Below, piece after piece: positions 13,045 through 25,625 of a stretch of 64,000 nucleotides of DNA; position 1 is the first letter of the stretch, and each line of letters begins with the position of its first letter. Where the stretch lies: assembly GCA_028023455.1 (NCBI GenBank), contig JAQFVV010000007.1, positions 434,001-498,000 of the forward strand, given 5' to 3'. This DNA is from Epiperipatus broadwayi. Lineage: Eukaryota; Animalia; Onychophora. The notes beneath the pieces are model-generated. The model had not been told where the DNA came from. It was given only the letters and a program-made list of their open reading frames with translations, and did no database searches. Position numbers and translations under genes: made by a program.

Positions 13045-14093
13045 TTGATTAAACATTGACTTTTGAATACATATTTTGTATACAATGGACAGCATTACAG
13101 ACAAGTTTTGGTACTCCTATGGGCTCACCTATCTCAGGAGTAACAGCTGATTTATTCATGGAAAATATAAAAACTCGTGCTTTAGAATCATCATCTTTAA
13201 AACCTCTCATTTGGCTCAGATATATAGATGACACTTTTGTCATATGGCAACATGGAAAAAATAAATTAGATGATTTTTTTTTACATTTATAATGGAGACA
13301 GAGTCTGATGGAAAACTCCCTTTTCTTGATGTTCTAGTCACTAGAATACCAAATAGTTTATCTTTTTCGATTTACAGAAAAAATACACACACGGATAGAT
13401 ATTTACACTTCCATTCTCATCATCACCAGACTCAGATAGTTTCTGTAGCCAAAACTCTTTTAAATAGAGCAATTAACCTTTCAGACAATTAACATCTGAG
13501 AGAAGAAATAAATCATATTAAGTGTTTTATTAGCAAATAGTTATGATTATAAATTTATAAAAAAAGCCTTATTTCAAGCCCAAAATGGTCAAAATAGGAA
13601 ACAAAAATATGATAAATCAGCTATTAGGATTTGTGCTCTATATGTAAAAGGAACTACAGACACTATTGGACGTATATTAAAATGCTATAATATAGATACA
13701 TTATTTTCTACTCATCAAAAGATCAGCAATATAATAACCAAGCCTAAGGATTCTTTCTCACTTGAATCTCATGGTGTTTATCAAATCTCATGTAAAAATT
13801 GTAAAGCTTCTTACATAGGTATGAGTAATCATCGCATAAGTGTTAGGAGAGATGAGCATGCTAATGCAGTTAAACAACACTCATCATCATCAGCACTCTC
13901 ACTTCATACTATAGATTCAGGTCATAAAATTGATTTTTCTAGTACCAGGATCATATCCAGATGTGATAATCTCTACCAGTGCAAAATTAGAGAAGCCTTT
14001 GAGATACTTAAAAGGCCAGATTGTATCAATAAGCGAGATGATACATGTAAACTTCCTCCTATTTGGAAAGATTTTTTTAAAAAACATTTTTAA
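13045..14093 (+). pseudogene. PLE reverse transcriptase + GIY-YIG endonuclease remnant (frameshifted)
   Basis: FGTPMGSPISG, WLRYIDDTFVIW, LPFLDVLV, YRKNTHTDRYLHF-SHH, then GVYQISCKNC-ASYIG, RRDEH, IREAFEI, IN-RDD. Confidence 0.9.
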
Positions 14094-14187
14094 ATTTAAC
14101 ATTTTTGCTATTGGTGGAACTTTAACATTTATTCAAATCAGTGATTGTAGCACCTCTACAACCATCTTTCTATATTTTATCACCCAG

Positions 14188-14215
14188 TGGATGACTTGTG
14201 TGACGAAGTTGAAAC
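14188..14215 (+). ncRNA. Decayed minimal hammerhead motif in the PLE pLTR
   Basis: tggatga-cttgtgtgacgaagtt-gaaac: CUGANGA box with 2 changes, gactt/gaagtt stem II, GAAAC. Confidence 0.5.
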
Positions 14216-16620
14216 TTCAGAATATCACTATTTAAAATTTTTAACACGGATGTACCCGAAAAATATGTCTTTTATATATACAACCCGTGAAAATCTTCAT
14301 TTTCAATATATATATATTGTAATGGGCACATACTTATGTTACATTGTTTTTTTATTAGTAAACATGAAAAGAATAAAAGTTCACAAATAAAACTTCCTTT
14401 TTAAGAATTAAACATTGAAAATTAAAATTCTATACTAAACTTGTATCTATATAAAACTGCACAAATAAAAAAAATTATTAAAATAAAACTTTATTAAAAA
14501 TAGAAAAGGTATTGTAAAAGCAAGAACTTAAAAAAGATTTAGAGATAAAATATATATCTTTAAGTTTGAAAACAAATTAATTAATGTTATCGAAAAATGG
14601 AAATGATTATTTTAATTAGTCAATGTAAACTAGCCTTGGGCATTTAAATGTATAAGCAAAGGTCAGATAGGAGAGAAAAACAATGGAACCGGACCTCAGC
14701 AAAAAGACCATCACATCGATGACATAATGTCTATTGGATCCTTAAGTTAGGTGTAAAAGAAAAATTTGGAAATAAAAAAAGTTATTAAGAGATGACAGAT
14801 ATGTTTTAGTGCGGAGTGAAGGAGAAGGGATTGAAAGACGCACTTTCAATTTCTTCAGTTGTTCAAAAAATGAAACATTGTTTTCCAATATTGTGGACCA
14901 CAGGACATCAAGGCCCAGAAGAATACCATCAACTATAAATGACCAATGGTTAACTGCACACCGATCTCCTTATGACTTCGTGGGAATTAACACCTTCCAT
15001 TACAAAAAAATCAGAGACTACGGACATTTTTCAAAATCGTAAAAACTTTATATTCATTTGAAAACATTAAGAACTTTAAAATATAAACTTTCTCCATATT
15101 TAAAAAAAAAATAGAAATAGATTCCTATCTGACCAAACTAAATTATTTATTAATTAATTATAATTTTATTTGATGTATTTCTTTTTTGTAAAATCATTTC
15201 CATTTATTTTTTTTTTGTTCTTTAAGTTTTATTTATGATTTTTGTTTTGCGATAAATTAAATTATATAAATGTTAAACTTAAGTCAGACATGAATGGCTA
15301 TATAGATTTGTAAAGTTATATTAGGGGAGGGTAATCTTAGGTTATTTGTTTCGTAGTTGAATTGGGTCAATGGATTGGATATATTGGTGTAATTGGTAGA
15401 TGTAGTATGATGTTCGCTATGGGAAGAATCGCTTTATATGCCACACACTTCCTTTTTGGCCTATGGATTGCGATTCGTAAGTTGGCAAAATGACCGCAGT
15501 CCTTTCCTATGGAGTTTTTTTTATTGCTCTTCTTGTCAGATAGATGTAGTATTCCTATCTGACGAGAGGCAATTTCTTCTCTTAACCTTTTTGTGCTGCT
15601 GTATTTTGTATTACATTGAATGCATCAATATATCAGATGAATTGACGTTAGTTTGACTGCGAACTTTTGGCCTAAGGTTAAATAAGGATAAAATATTTTC
15701 TTGCAAATGCAAATCTATGTAGTCTATTCATACTCGACACTCTAAATAAAAATGCATTAAATTTAAGTTGGGTATGGAAGTTGCATGGATTCGTTATCGG
15801 TTAATTATGTTTTTGGTTTTCATATTCGATCAAAATATATAGACATTCGGTAAATAATGATACCTTATGGTGAGTATCTAAAATGTATTTATTTGGATGT
15901 CTTGTAAGTTATTGGTGTCACTGTGGTATCTTATGATGAATACCAGTGGGTTTCTTGTATTCCCTATGCAATTGATGGTATCAATGATTTTATAGTTTGA
16001 TCGTTTATGTTTATTTTGAAATGTTTTTGACTGTGTAATCTATGTAACCGATCTATACTCAACATTTTAAAAACACATTTTATAAATCCGTCTGTGCAAA
16101 CTTATAAAATTTAAAATGTAAATTTATAAAAATTAAAATGTAAATTAAAATCAAAGTTAAAAATGTAAATTAAATTTTAAAATGTAAACTGATACTAAAA
16201 TAATTTTAAATATTATATATGTGTATAAATAAATGTTTGTGTGTATAATTAATGGCAGTGGTTTATTTTATTCTTTTATATATATATATATATATCTTAG
16301 ATAGAAATATTATAAAATAAAAATCTCTGCTATTCCACTGAGCTAGTGACAATGGGCTAAAGACTGGAATCAAAATGTATAAATAAAAGGTAAAAAAAAT
16401 TTTTTTTGACTTACGTATCTGCCTACTTTATAAATTTTCTAGGTTCAAATGCCTAGTGGCGCCCTGTAGTTACAGATTACGTTAAGTGCTAGCTTCTCTG
16501 GATCGTTATAATATATATATCCTTTTTACTATTATTTTCCCTTATATGTTTTTATTGTAATTTGTATATTTGTGTATATGTGTATATTTATGTATATGTG
16601 TATATATATATTTTATAGTT

Positions 16621-16649
16621 CTGAAGAAGGTTGCAGGGGTAAACGAAAC
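16621..16649 (+). ncRNA. Hammerhead-like motif in a solitary PLE pLTR fragment
   Basis: ctgaaga-a-ggttgc-aggg-gtaaac-gaaac; stem II has one mismatch. Confidence 0.5.
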
Positions 16650-16904
16650 TGATGAGGTGGAGGGTGTTATGTAGGCATTGTACAAAAAATATTTTTTTTA
16701 TAAAAATTGTATTAATTAATTAAGACAATGCAAAAAAGGAAAAGATAAACTTAAATGTTATACAGTTATTAATCTTATATCCTCTCCTTTAATTTTCTTG
16801 CATTTCTTCATATATTCATATATATTACATTTTTATAATCTCATATACACTCTAATGCATTAGAGTGTATATTTAAAAAATTATAAAAAAGTAAGTTATA
16901 GAGT

Positions 16905-18155
16905 TATAATTAGATCATAATATTATAGGAAGATTAAAGGTAAAGTAATGATACTTGACATGTTGGTAAAATATTTAAAATGGGATAAAATACAAATTGT
17001 ATATTTTATTGATATATTTTAATATGAAAATGTTAAGAAGTATCTTAATATTTATAGAATCAAATATGGAATATTGTATATCCTAGTTGTAAATAATTTT
17101 AAAGTGAAGTGTAAGTTTTAAAAGTTTTGTTTATATTAATTTATTTTATTTTATTTTTATTAAATCTAAGACGTGTAAATTATTTTCAATTTTGTATTAC
17201 TACTGCAATAAATGTTAATGTTTATTTTTAAAATTAACAATGTTGAGAGTCTCTTTTCTTGTTTTCCAAGTCATTATTCACTGTCCTAACCACACATATA
17301 TTGTAATAATTAAAGATATTTGGTATTATGGCATATAATCTAAAATAAAACAATAAATAAGAAAAATATTATGATTGTTAAAGATATTTGATGTTGTATC
17401 CAAAATTTAAATTAATACATTTTTTTCTTCATCTTACTCAATGATCAAAATGAAGACTGATAACTAATATGCCATATAAGAATAAAAATGATTTGATTAC
17501 GATTAATAGTGATAGGTATTAATTAATAATTTTAATTAAGATTTTTATCAATTTGTAAGAAAATATAGTTAATTATTTTGAAATAGAAATATTGATTAGT
17601 ATATTTGTTTCTTAATTGTTTTAAATGTAGCTAGACGTAAGTAAAATTCCTCTTTACATTGGTTATGCAAATTAAAAAAACAATAATTGCCTGAGATATT
17701 GATTACGTTTAGGAATATTAATAAAGAAATGTAATGCAATTCATATTAATAATTAAATAAATATTATATGATGTTATAATTATATTTTACATAAGAAATT
17801 ATAATATTAAATATAATTTGCTTATTTTAATTGTGAGTCATGGGAATATCCTTGATATCTTATCTGAATAGTGTTTGGTAATATTTCTATACCATTGAGA
17901 GTATTCTTTTCATATATACTTAGTGTTAAAAGGGGTACATTACTGGATGATTAAAAATAAGTCTCATGATTATGGTGATTTTATTATTAGATAATGTATA
18001 ATTTTAATATAATATATTAGACATGAAAAGGGTAATATTTGTATTGTAAGAATTTATATAAAAAAGAAAATTTGTTAGTATGAGCCAAAAGTTAGTTATT
18101 GTTATTTACATCCACTGTATCATAGTAGTTGGAGGTGGTCATTGTTTGGTTAGAG
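16905..18155. repeat. Copy 1 of an old ~1.25-kb direct repeat (partner 19976-21548); possibly a highly decayed minus-strand LINE ORF2
   Basis: Colinear matches such as tagatcataatattataggaagattaaagg and catcttactcaatgatcaaaatgaagactgataacta; weak minus-strand PLIFL*YYDLI resembling PLLFLIYINDL (LINE identity uncertain). Confidence 0.8.
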
Positions 18156-19975
18156 TATAGTTTCTCTTTTTATAGTGCCCAACTGTGTAGGTCTTGGTTT
18201 TTTAATAGGTAATTGATGGTTATCATAGTAACCAATACTCTGATGACAAATATTACTTTATTTAATTCAAAGAGTTGAAGTAAACTTTTTGTGTTTAATA
18301 CTTTAGTATAGGAACTATAATTTTAGGATAGTATTAAGTTCTCATAATTATTTATTCATATGTTGTTATTTTTTAGATTTAGGTGTTTTAGAATTTTTGG
18401 ATAAAAAAGAAAAGAAAAATTAAAATTTGTGTTTGTTCTTTATTGTTATTGTATAATAAAAAAGAAATTATATCTATGAGAGTGTCATCAATGATAATCA
18501 AAATATTATGATTAAGATAAATTAATTGTTTAATATAACATATTAGTATTGAATTTTTATGCAAGGAATCAGGTAAAATAAATATGTGTAGTATTTACTA
18601 TGTGTAAGAAATTGAATATATTTATTATAATCTTAATATGAGTATAAAAGTATAAGTATAATTGATCCTTTTATAAGTTAGAGGTAACTGATATATTTAT
18701 GATAAATTATATCATTGACTATTTGTCTGCTTATTAATCTTTTTGGTATATTTAAAGGTATAAAAAGGTTAAGGATAAGTTTGGATATTATTTTGAAAAA
18801 TAATGAATAATATTGTATGTGATGTTAAGTATTTTATATAAAGTGTTAAATGTAAAGTAGTGGTACAGGAATGTAGATTCATTGGGAATCCTGTAGTGTT
18901 AGTGAAGTGTTGTTAAAGGTTAACTATAATACAGTATAAAGTAAGCTGGAATATTCATGATATACTGATAGTGACAAAAATCAGAAGCCAAGATAGATAG
19001 CACAAGAAAATTTGGCTTTAAGTTACACAATCCATGATATCATTATTTATTAGAAATTTTATAAGGTATTTATCATACACTTACTGTCATGAAAATTGCA
19101 TGGGTATATACATCATATTAAGAAATTGTAAATTTGAGCAATGATAATAACCAAACTTTCAATTGATGGTAAGATAAATCCATTCAATGCAACAAGGATG
19201 AAGCATAAAATGAATAGGATGCTAAAAGAATGTAAAACTAAAAATTTTATGATTGTTTTTAATATTAGAGATCAAAATACAGAGTGAATGTCTAAAGTAG
19301 AAGAGTTATGGTATTGAAAAGAGAAACCTGATAATTAATCATATTATTAGTATATATGTGGTTTATATTTCACAGCATGGCACCTCCACAGGGCACCGAT
19401 GCATTCTGGATGGCTCTTGGGTCATGTGAGGGGAGTGCCATGACTTGGGGAGAAAAATTGGGGGGCCTATTTTGTTGGTCTGGACTATGGCACGCTAAGT
19501 GGGGGGGGGGTCATGTGTTGCACAATCTCCAAGAAATGGCAAACATAAGTTGCATACACTTTGCATCTCTCGCACTAATACTTTTACTCCACAATTTATT
19601 TTGCACATAGCTTTGATAATTAAAATATTTCTTTGAAAGTACTCAGCTGAATAAACTCAATGGTCATTTGTTTATTTATTGTAGTTCATTTATTTCTTTA
19701 ACTGATGATTTTATTTGTGGGAAATATAAACTGCATATATACTACTCATTACAAACACACACACAAAGCGATTATTAATTACAATCATATTACTATAAGC
19801 AATATAGTACATTCAAATATCAGCCTTTAAAGCTAATTGTGCATCCGCTTTTGCGAGTGTTAATAATAATAAATGAATACTTTCTCTCCAATACAAGATA
19901 TAGTATTTATGCATCTTAATGAATATTTAAATAGTTAAATGTTTATTTTATAACAAATAACAAACACAGAAAGAA

Positions 19976-21548
19976 TATAATTAGATCATAATATTATAGG
20001 AAGATTAAAGGTTATTATAATATGAATAGCATGGTGAAATATTTAAAATGGGATAAAATACTAATTGTATATTTTATTGATATATTTTAATATGAAAATA
20101 GAGTCAAGTATTGAATATACTATATTGTAGCTCTAAATAATTTTAAAGCAAAAAATAAATTATTTATTTTATTCTAAGTATTTTGTTAATATTAGTTTTT
20201 AACGTTTTGTGTATTATGTTAAATATTTTTTTATTAAATCAAAGATATGTAAATTATTTTAAATTTTGTATTACAATTGTAATTATAAATTTATTTAAAC
20301 GCACGTTGATTACATAAGTAATATTCATTAAGGCTGTAGCCTCAAGCACATGTGTCTAAAATGCGATCATAGGGACCTCTACAGGTCTTAAACCACAAGC
20401 TTACTCTTTTCTTCCAAAGAGTAAGCTTGTGGTTTAAGACCTGTAGAGGTCCCTATGATCGCATTTTATATGCAAAAAAGAGTAAGCTTGTGGTTTAAGA
20501 CCTGTACAAGTCCCTACGATTGCATTTTATACGCATGTGCTTGAGGGTACAGCCTTAATGAATATTATTACAATTGTAATAAATGTTAATGTTTGATTTT
20601 AAAATTAACAAAGTGTTGAGAGTCTCTTTTTTTTTGTTTTCCAATTCATTAGTCATTATCCTAACCACACATATATTGTAATAATTAAAGATATTTGGTA
20701 CTATTGCACATAATTTTAAATAAAACAATAAATAAAAAAAATATTATTATTGTTAAAAATATTTTATGTATCCAAAATATTAATAAATACAATTTTTTCT
20801 TCATCTTACTCAATGATCAAAATGAAGACTGATAACTATTATGCCATATAAAAATAACAATGATTGGATTATGATTAATAGTTACAGATATTAGTTAATA
20901 ATTTTAATTTAGTTTTTAATCAGTTTGTAAGAAAATTTAATGAATTATTTTGGAAGAAAAAACTGATTAGTGCATTTGTTCTTAATTATTTTAAATGTAG
21001 CTAGATGTAAATAAAATTTCTCTTTACATTTAGTTATGTAAATTAAATTTAATCTAAAAAAAACAACTGCCTGGGATGTTGATTAAGTTTAGGAATATTA
21101 ATAAAGAAGTAAAATACAATTCATATTAATAATTAAATGAATAGTATATGGTGTTATAATTAAATTTTACATAAGAAATTTTAATATTAAATATAATTTG
21201 CTTACTTTAATTGTGAGTCATGGGAGTATCATAGATATCTTATCTGAGTAGTGTTGGGTGATATTCCTATGCCATTGTGGATATACTTTTGGTATATACT
21301 TAATGTTAAAAAGGAATACCTTACAGGATGATTAAATAACAACTCTAATGATTATAGTGATTTTATTGTTAGATAATTTATTAATCTTGCTATAATATAT
21401 TAGACATGAAATGAGTAATATTTTATATTGTAAGTATTTTATATAGAAGAAATAAAATTACTTTTGCAGATCTAGAAGTTAATTACTGTTATTTACATAC
21501 ATTATATCATAGTATTTGGAGGATGGTTGATTATCCAATTAGGGTACA
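19976..21548. repeat. Copy 2 of the ~1.25-kb direct repeat, carrying a ~297-bp palindromic insertion
   Basis: Colinear with 16905-18155 apart from the insert. Confidence 0.8.
20270..20580. mobile_element. Palindromic insertion with 14-bp TSD and 35-bp one-sided tail
   Basis: attacaattgtaat at 20270-20283 and 20567-20580; empty site visible in the paralogue near 17195-17220; inverted repeat 20319-20567 with a tandem duplication in the right arm. Confidence 0.88.
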
Positions 21549-24339
21549 ATATGTACATCTACAGATATATGATTCATTTCAAAATAAGTATTAAAATACT
21601 TTTAATTTATAAGTAATTGTTGTGTGTGTGCATGTGTGCATGAACAAAATCGATCAAATGTAAATTCAGTTTTACCTTTTGTTTATTTAGATAAGAATTG
21701 GCATTGCTAAGTGTAATGTATGTATGTAAGATATCCCAGGTATATAGAAAATCACATTTATGTTAACTTGATTCACAAACAAATTGTTAATTCCATAAAA
21801 TGGTTAAACTGGCATTAAAATGGCTATATCTGTTTTACTGAGTGTAAGATATTTTGTTTTACTTTCATTAAAAGTTATATTAAATCTTGTTTTTGTAAAA
21901 TACCTGGTATCATAAGAGTAAAAGTTTGTAGTTAAAGAATACTATCATAAGCTATCAGAAACTAATAAATAGGGTTAATTAGTAAAATGAAAATTCTAAT
22001 AAATTTAGATGACAGGATTATGTCATTATTGACAAAAACAAATATGAAAAACTTAAACTGGAAATCTTTTGTTTAAAATTTTATATAAATCTAATAAAAT
22101 GTATTATAAGAGTCTTAACACCAAATCTTTAAATCTATTGCAGCTAGAATCTATGTAGGATAAAATTCAAAGAAGAAGTAAAACCCAGCATTTACTCCAC
22201 TCATCAATCAGTTTGAATCAGAGTTCAAGCATGAAGTCACACAAAACTGTTGTTGTTAATAATAAGATTACTTGCTCACCAATTGTACCAAAATGCCTTT
22301 CTTTAGCAATATGAGAGAAGTAAAAAAACATATCTTACCTGAAACCTACTTAAAAGTCCAAAATAACCTGTTGTTAATCAGCACATTTCCTGTAATCATC
22401 ATTTTCTTGTCCTGTTAAATCATGATTGGGGTAGTATTTTATAAACCCCAATAAATAAATTTCTAAAAATGAATGAAAGAGAAAATGTTCCATAAACCAA
22501 AATGTGCTTAATAAAATCAGATTTGAAACATTACAAAAACAATATCTAAGCTTAGGACACTTAGTCTCCAAAGATACTGTGCAAAATGAACATAACTCTG
22601 TTTGGACTATCTGCCTAAACAAGCAAAGTAAATTGTCATTTGAACTTTTATCAAGAACTTTTCTATACTGAAAGGATATCCGTAACTTATTCACATTTTT
22701 TTTTAAAAATTTAATGTTAATTAGACCTGATTTTATAGGATATATGTATATATTGAACTATCTGTGATTTGACTTAAAATATGCTTTGTCATCTTTAAAA
22801 AAATATTGTCTTGATTTTATATATTAGTAAATGTTTATATAATCAAGTAATGTTTATCTTAATTTTGGAGTAAATATCGATACATCAGAAAAAAAAGTAA
22901 TATTTATGATTTATTTTTCTTTTCTTTTTTTTTAAAGTAATACAATAAGTAATTTATTGTATTGAACTTAATATATTTTTAATTATTACTTAATATATTA
23001 CTATAAAATTATTCATAAATTTAAAGACATTTTTTACAATAATGTTTTGTCTGTTTGCATATTTTAACAATGATAGGTTTAGGTAAATAAATGATAAATT
23101 AAATTTTCATATATGTGTGGATATAAATGTGTGTGCATATGTAGATTATTCTGGATATTTAAAATTTTATGTAATGTTATATTAATATTGCTATTAAAGA
23201 TATATTATTTGTAATAATCTTTTTTTAAACAAATGAATGTATTTTATTTTCTGATTAGTAATTTAATAAGAAATTAAAAATCATTGTTATTTTTATTTAA
23301 AAATATTTTACTTTTAAAATAAAATAAAAAACATTTTTTAAAAAAATGCTGTGTATTCAGATGATATTCAATTAAAGTGCAATAATCACTCAATAAGAAA
23401 TGAAATCAAGTTAGACTTTAGCTATTGTTTGTAGATCAATGTCATAAATGTTACATCACTTGAGAAATGATATAAAATATGATTTTAAGATCAGACTCTC
23501 TCTCTCTATATATATATATCACTTTAATGGTGTCCTGTATTTTTGCACTTTTTTTTTTAAAACATTATATTAAAACAGTTTAGTGTAAACAGCATGATAG
23601 GTCACATAGCAGTGAATAATGTTTTAATTTAAAAGACTTGATATGTATCAATTTTAACAACTGAAAAATGGAGTTCATTTAGGAGCTTTCTAGAAAAAGT
23701 TATTGAATGTTTTGGATCTTTTATATATAAATTAATGTATGTATACATCTGTCTGTTTATGTGCCAAGAAATAAATTATTTGTTATAGTTATAGGTCAAA
23801 TGAATAATGAATTTGATGAGTGTCCTTTTAATCATTTTAATAGAATAAAACAATACCTGTTACTCAATATCAACTACAATACAAATATTGCTCTGACCTA
23901 TTAAGGATTATTTGTTAAATGAAGTTTGGACATTTAAAAAAAAAAAAAAAACTTTTGGGAATTATTATATCTTTAAAATATCATTTTATGGTTTTTCTTC
24001 ATGTGAACTTAATAAAAAGTAACTTAAAGATTGTGGAACTCTTAGTGTATAAACATTGATTAGTATCTTATTCTGTTTGGTAAAACAGGTTGTATGCTTT
24101 ATTTATATAATTATTATTTTTTTATTATTTTTATTTTAAGGTCATTTAATGTATATATTATATAGGTGGATGTATAAATATATAATTAACAAAAAAGAAA
24201 CATTTAATACCTAACTCCTTAAATTTAAACAATTGTAATAAAATTTTATTTAATAACTTGTTTTTGTTCCCTTACAAATGATCATCAGTAAACAAACTAA
24301 AACTGATTAGCATATATGTTTTTGTATATTTTAATGTGT

Positions 24340-25625
24340 AGAAAAAAAGATGGAATTAGTACTAAAACAAAAGATGACATCATGAAATGGGTAGAAGACT
24401 TTTATCAAGAATTATATAGTAATAAAGAACAAGTACCTCCTAGATCTATCACATCTTCTGAATTGCCTAGAATTTTAAATGAAGAAGAGGTACATGCAAT
24501 TGAATGTATGAAGAAAGGAAAGGGTCCAGATAATGATGGAATTATAATTGATATATTAAAAGAAGCTGGTGAAGAAATATAAATTTTTTAGCAAAGTTAT
24601 ATACCAAATGTCTAAATGATAAAGATGTACCAGATGATTGGAAGAATGCAGTATTAATATTAATATTTTAAAAAGGTGATAAAGAAGATATTAGAAATTA
24701 CAGACCCATCAGTCTTTTATCAGTTTTATACAAAATTTTTACCAAGATAATTACATGTCTACAGAGAACATTGGATTTTCACTAACTAAGAGAACAAGCT
24801 GGATTTAAAAGTGATTATATTACAGTAGATCATATCCAGGTATTGAGAGAATTTATAGAAAGGACAAATAAATATGAGTTGCCATTATGCTTTGGATTTG
24901 TATATTATGAAAAGGCATTTGATTCTGTAAACATTTCTTCAGTGATTAAAGCATTGGATCATCAAGGTATAGATCCAGGATATTGTCATATTTTAAAGAA
25001 TATTTATAAAATGCAATAGCAACAATTAGATTACATAATGATATGAGGAAAGTCAACATTGAGAAGAGTGTAAGACAGGGTGACTCCATATCTTGAAAAC
25101 TATTTACAGCAGTGCTGCAAAAAGTATTTTGTGGATTGAAATAAGAAGCTAAAGGAATGAAAGTAAATGGAGATTATTTAAGGCTGTTAGATTTTGCAAT
25201 TGATGTAGTTGTTTTTTTTTCAAACAATGCTTTAGAGCTGCAGGAAATGTTTCAGGAGTTATAAGATGAAAGTAGAAATAAAGATAAATGTTAAAAAGAT
25301 TAAAGTAATGTTTAATGGATTTTCTCAAAATATGAAAATAACGATTGATTATGATGAGTTAGAAGAAGTTAACAGTTACAAATACCTTGGTCAGGTTATT
25401 AATACAGATAGAAACATAATGGATAAAATTAATTGTAGAATTAAACTTGGTTGGAGTGCTTTTGGTAGAAATAACTTGATACTAAAAGGAAATATGCCTA
25501 TGTGTTTGAAAAGAAAGGTTTTTAATAAATGTGTTTTACCAGTTCTTACTTATGAATCTGAGACTTGGTTACTTAATAGAAGAGCAATACAGAGACTTCA
25601 GACTACTCAAAGAAGTATGGAGAGA
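24340..25625 (+). mobile_element. Second RTE copy, truncated at both ends (equals ~3901-5196 of copy 1), frameshifted
   Basis: Colinear nucleotide and peptide identity with copy 1 (ORFs 24316-24582 and 25266-25634). Confidence 0.93.

Larger units (their letters stand above)
12903..14304 (+). mobile_element. 5'-truncated Penelope-like element with an inverted copy of its 3' end
   Basis: 12903-12953 is the reverse complement of 14221-14271 (1 mismatch); 33-bp tail 14272-14304; direct repeat aatatatatata at 12892-12903 and 14305-14316. Confidence 0.88.

Noticed and set aside
22374-22694. 106-aa minus-strand ORF as a host exon or C/D snoRNA host
   Set aside because: No recognisable domain or clear splice sites; the atgatga-ctga spacing is too short for a snoRNA
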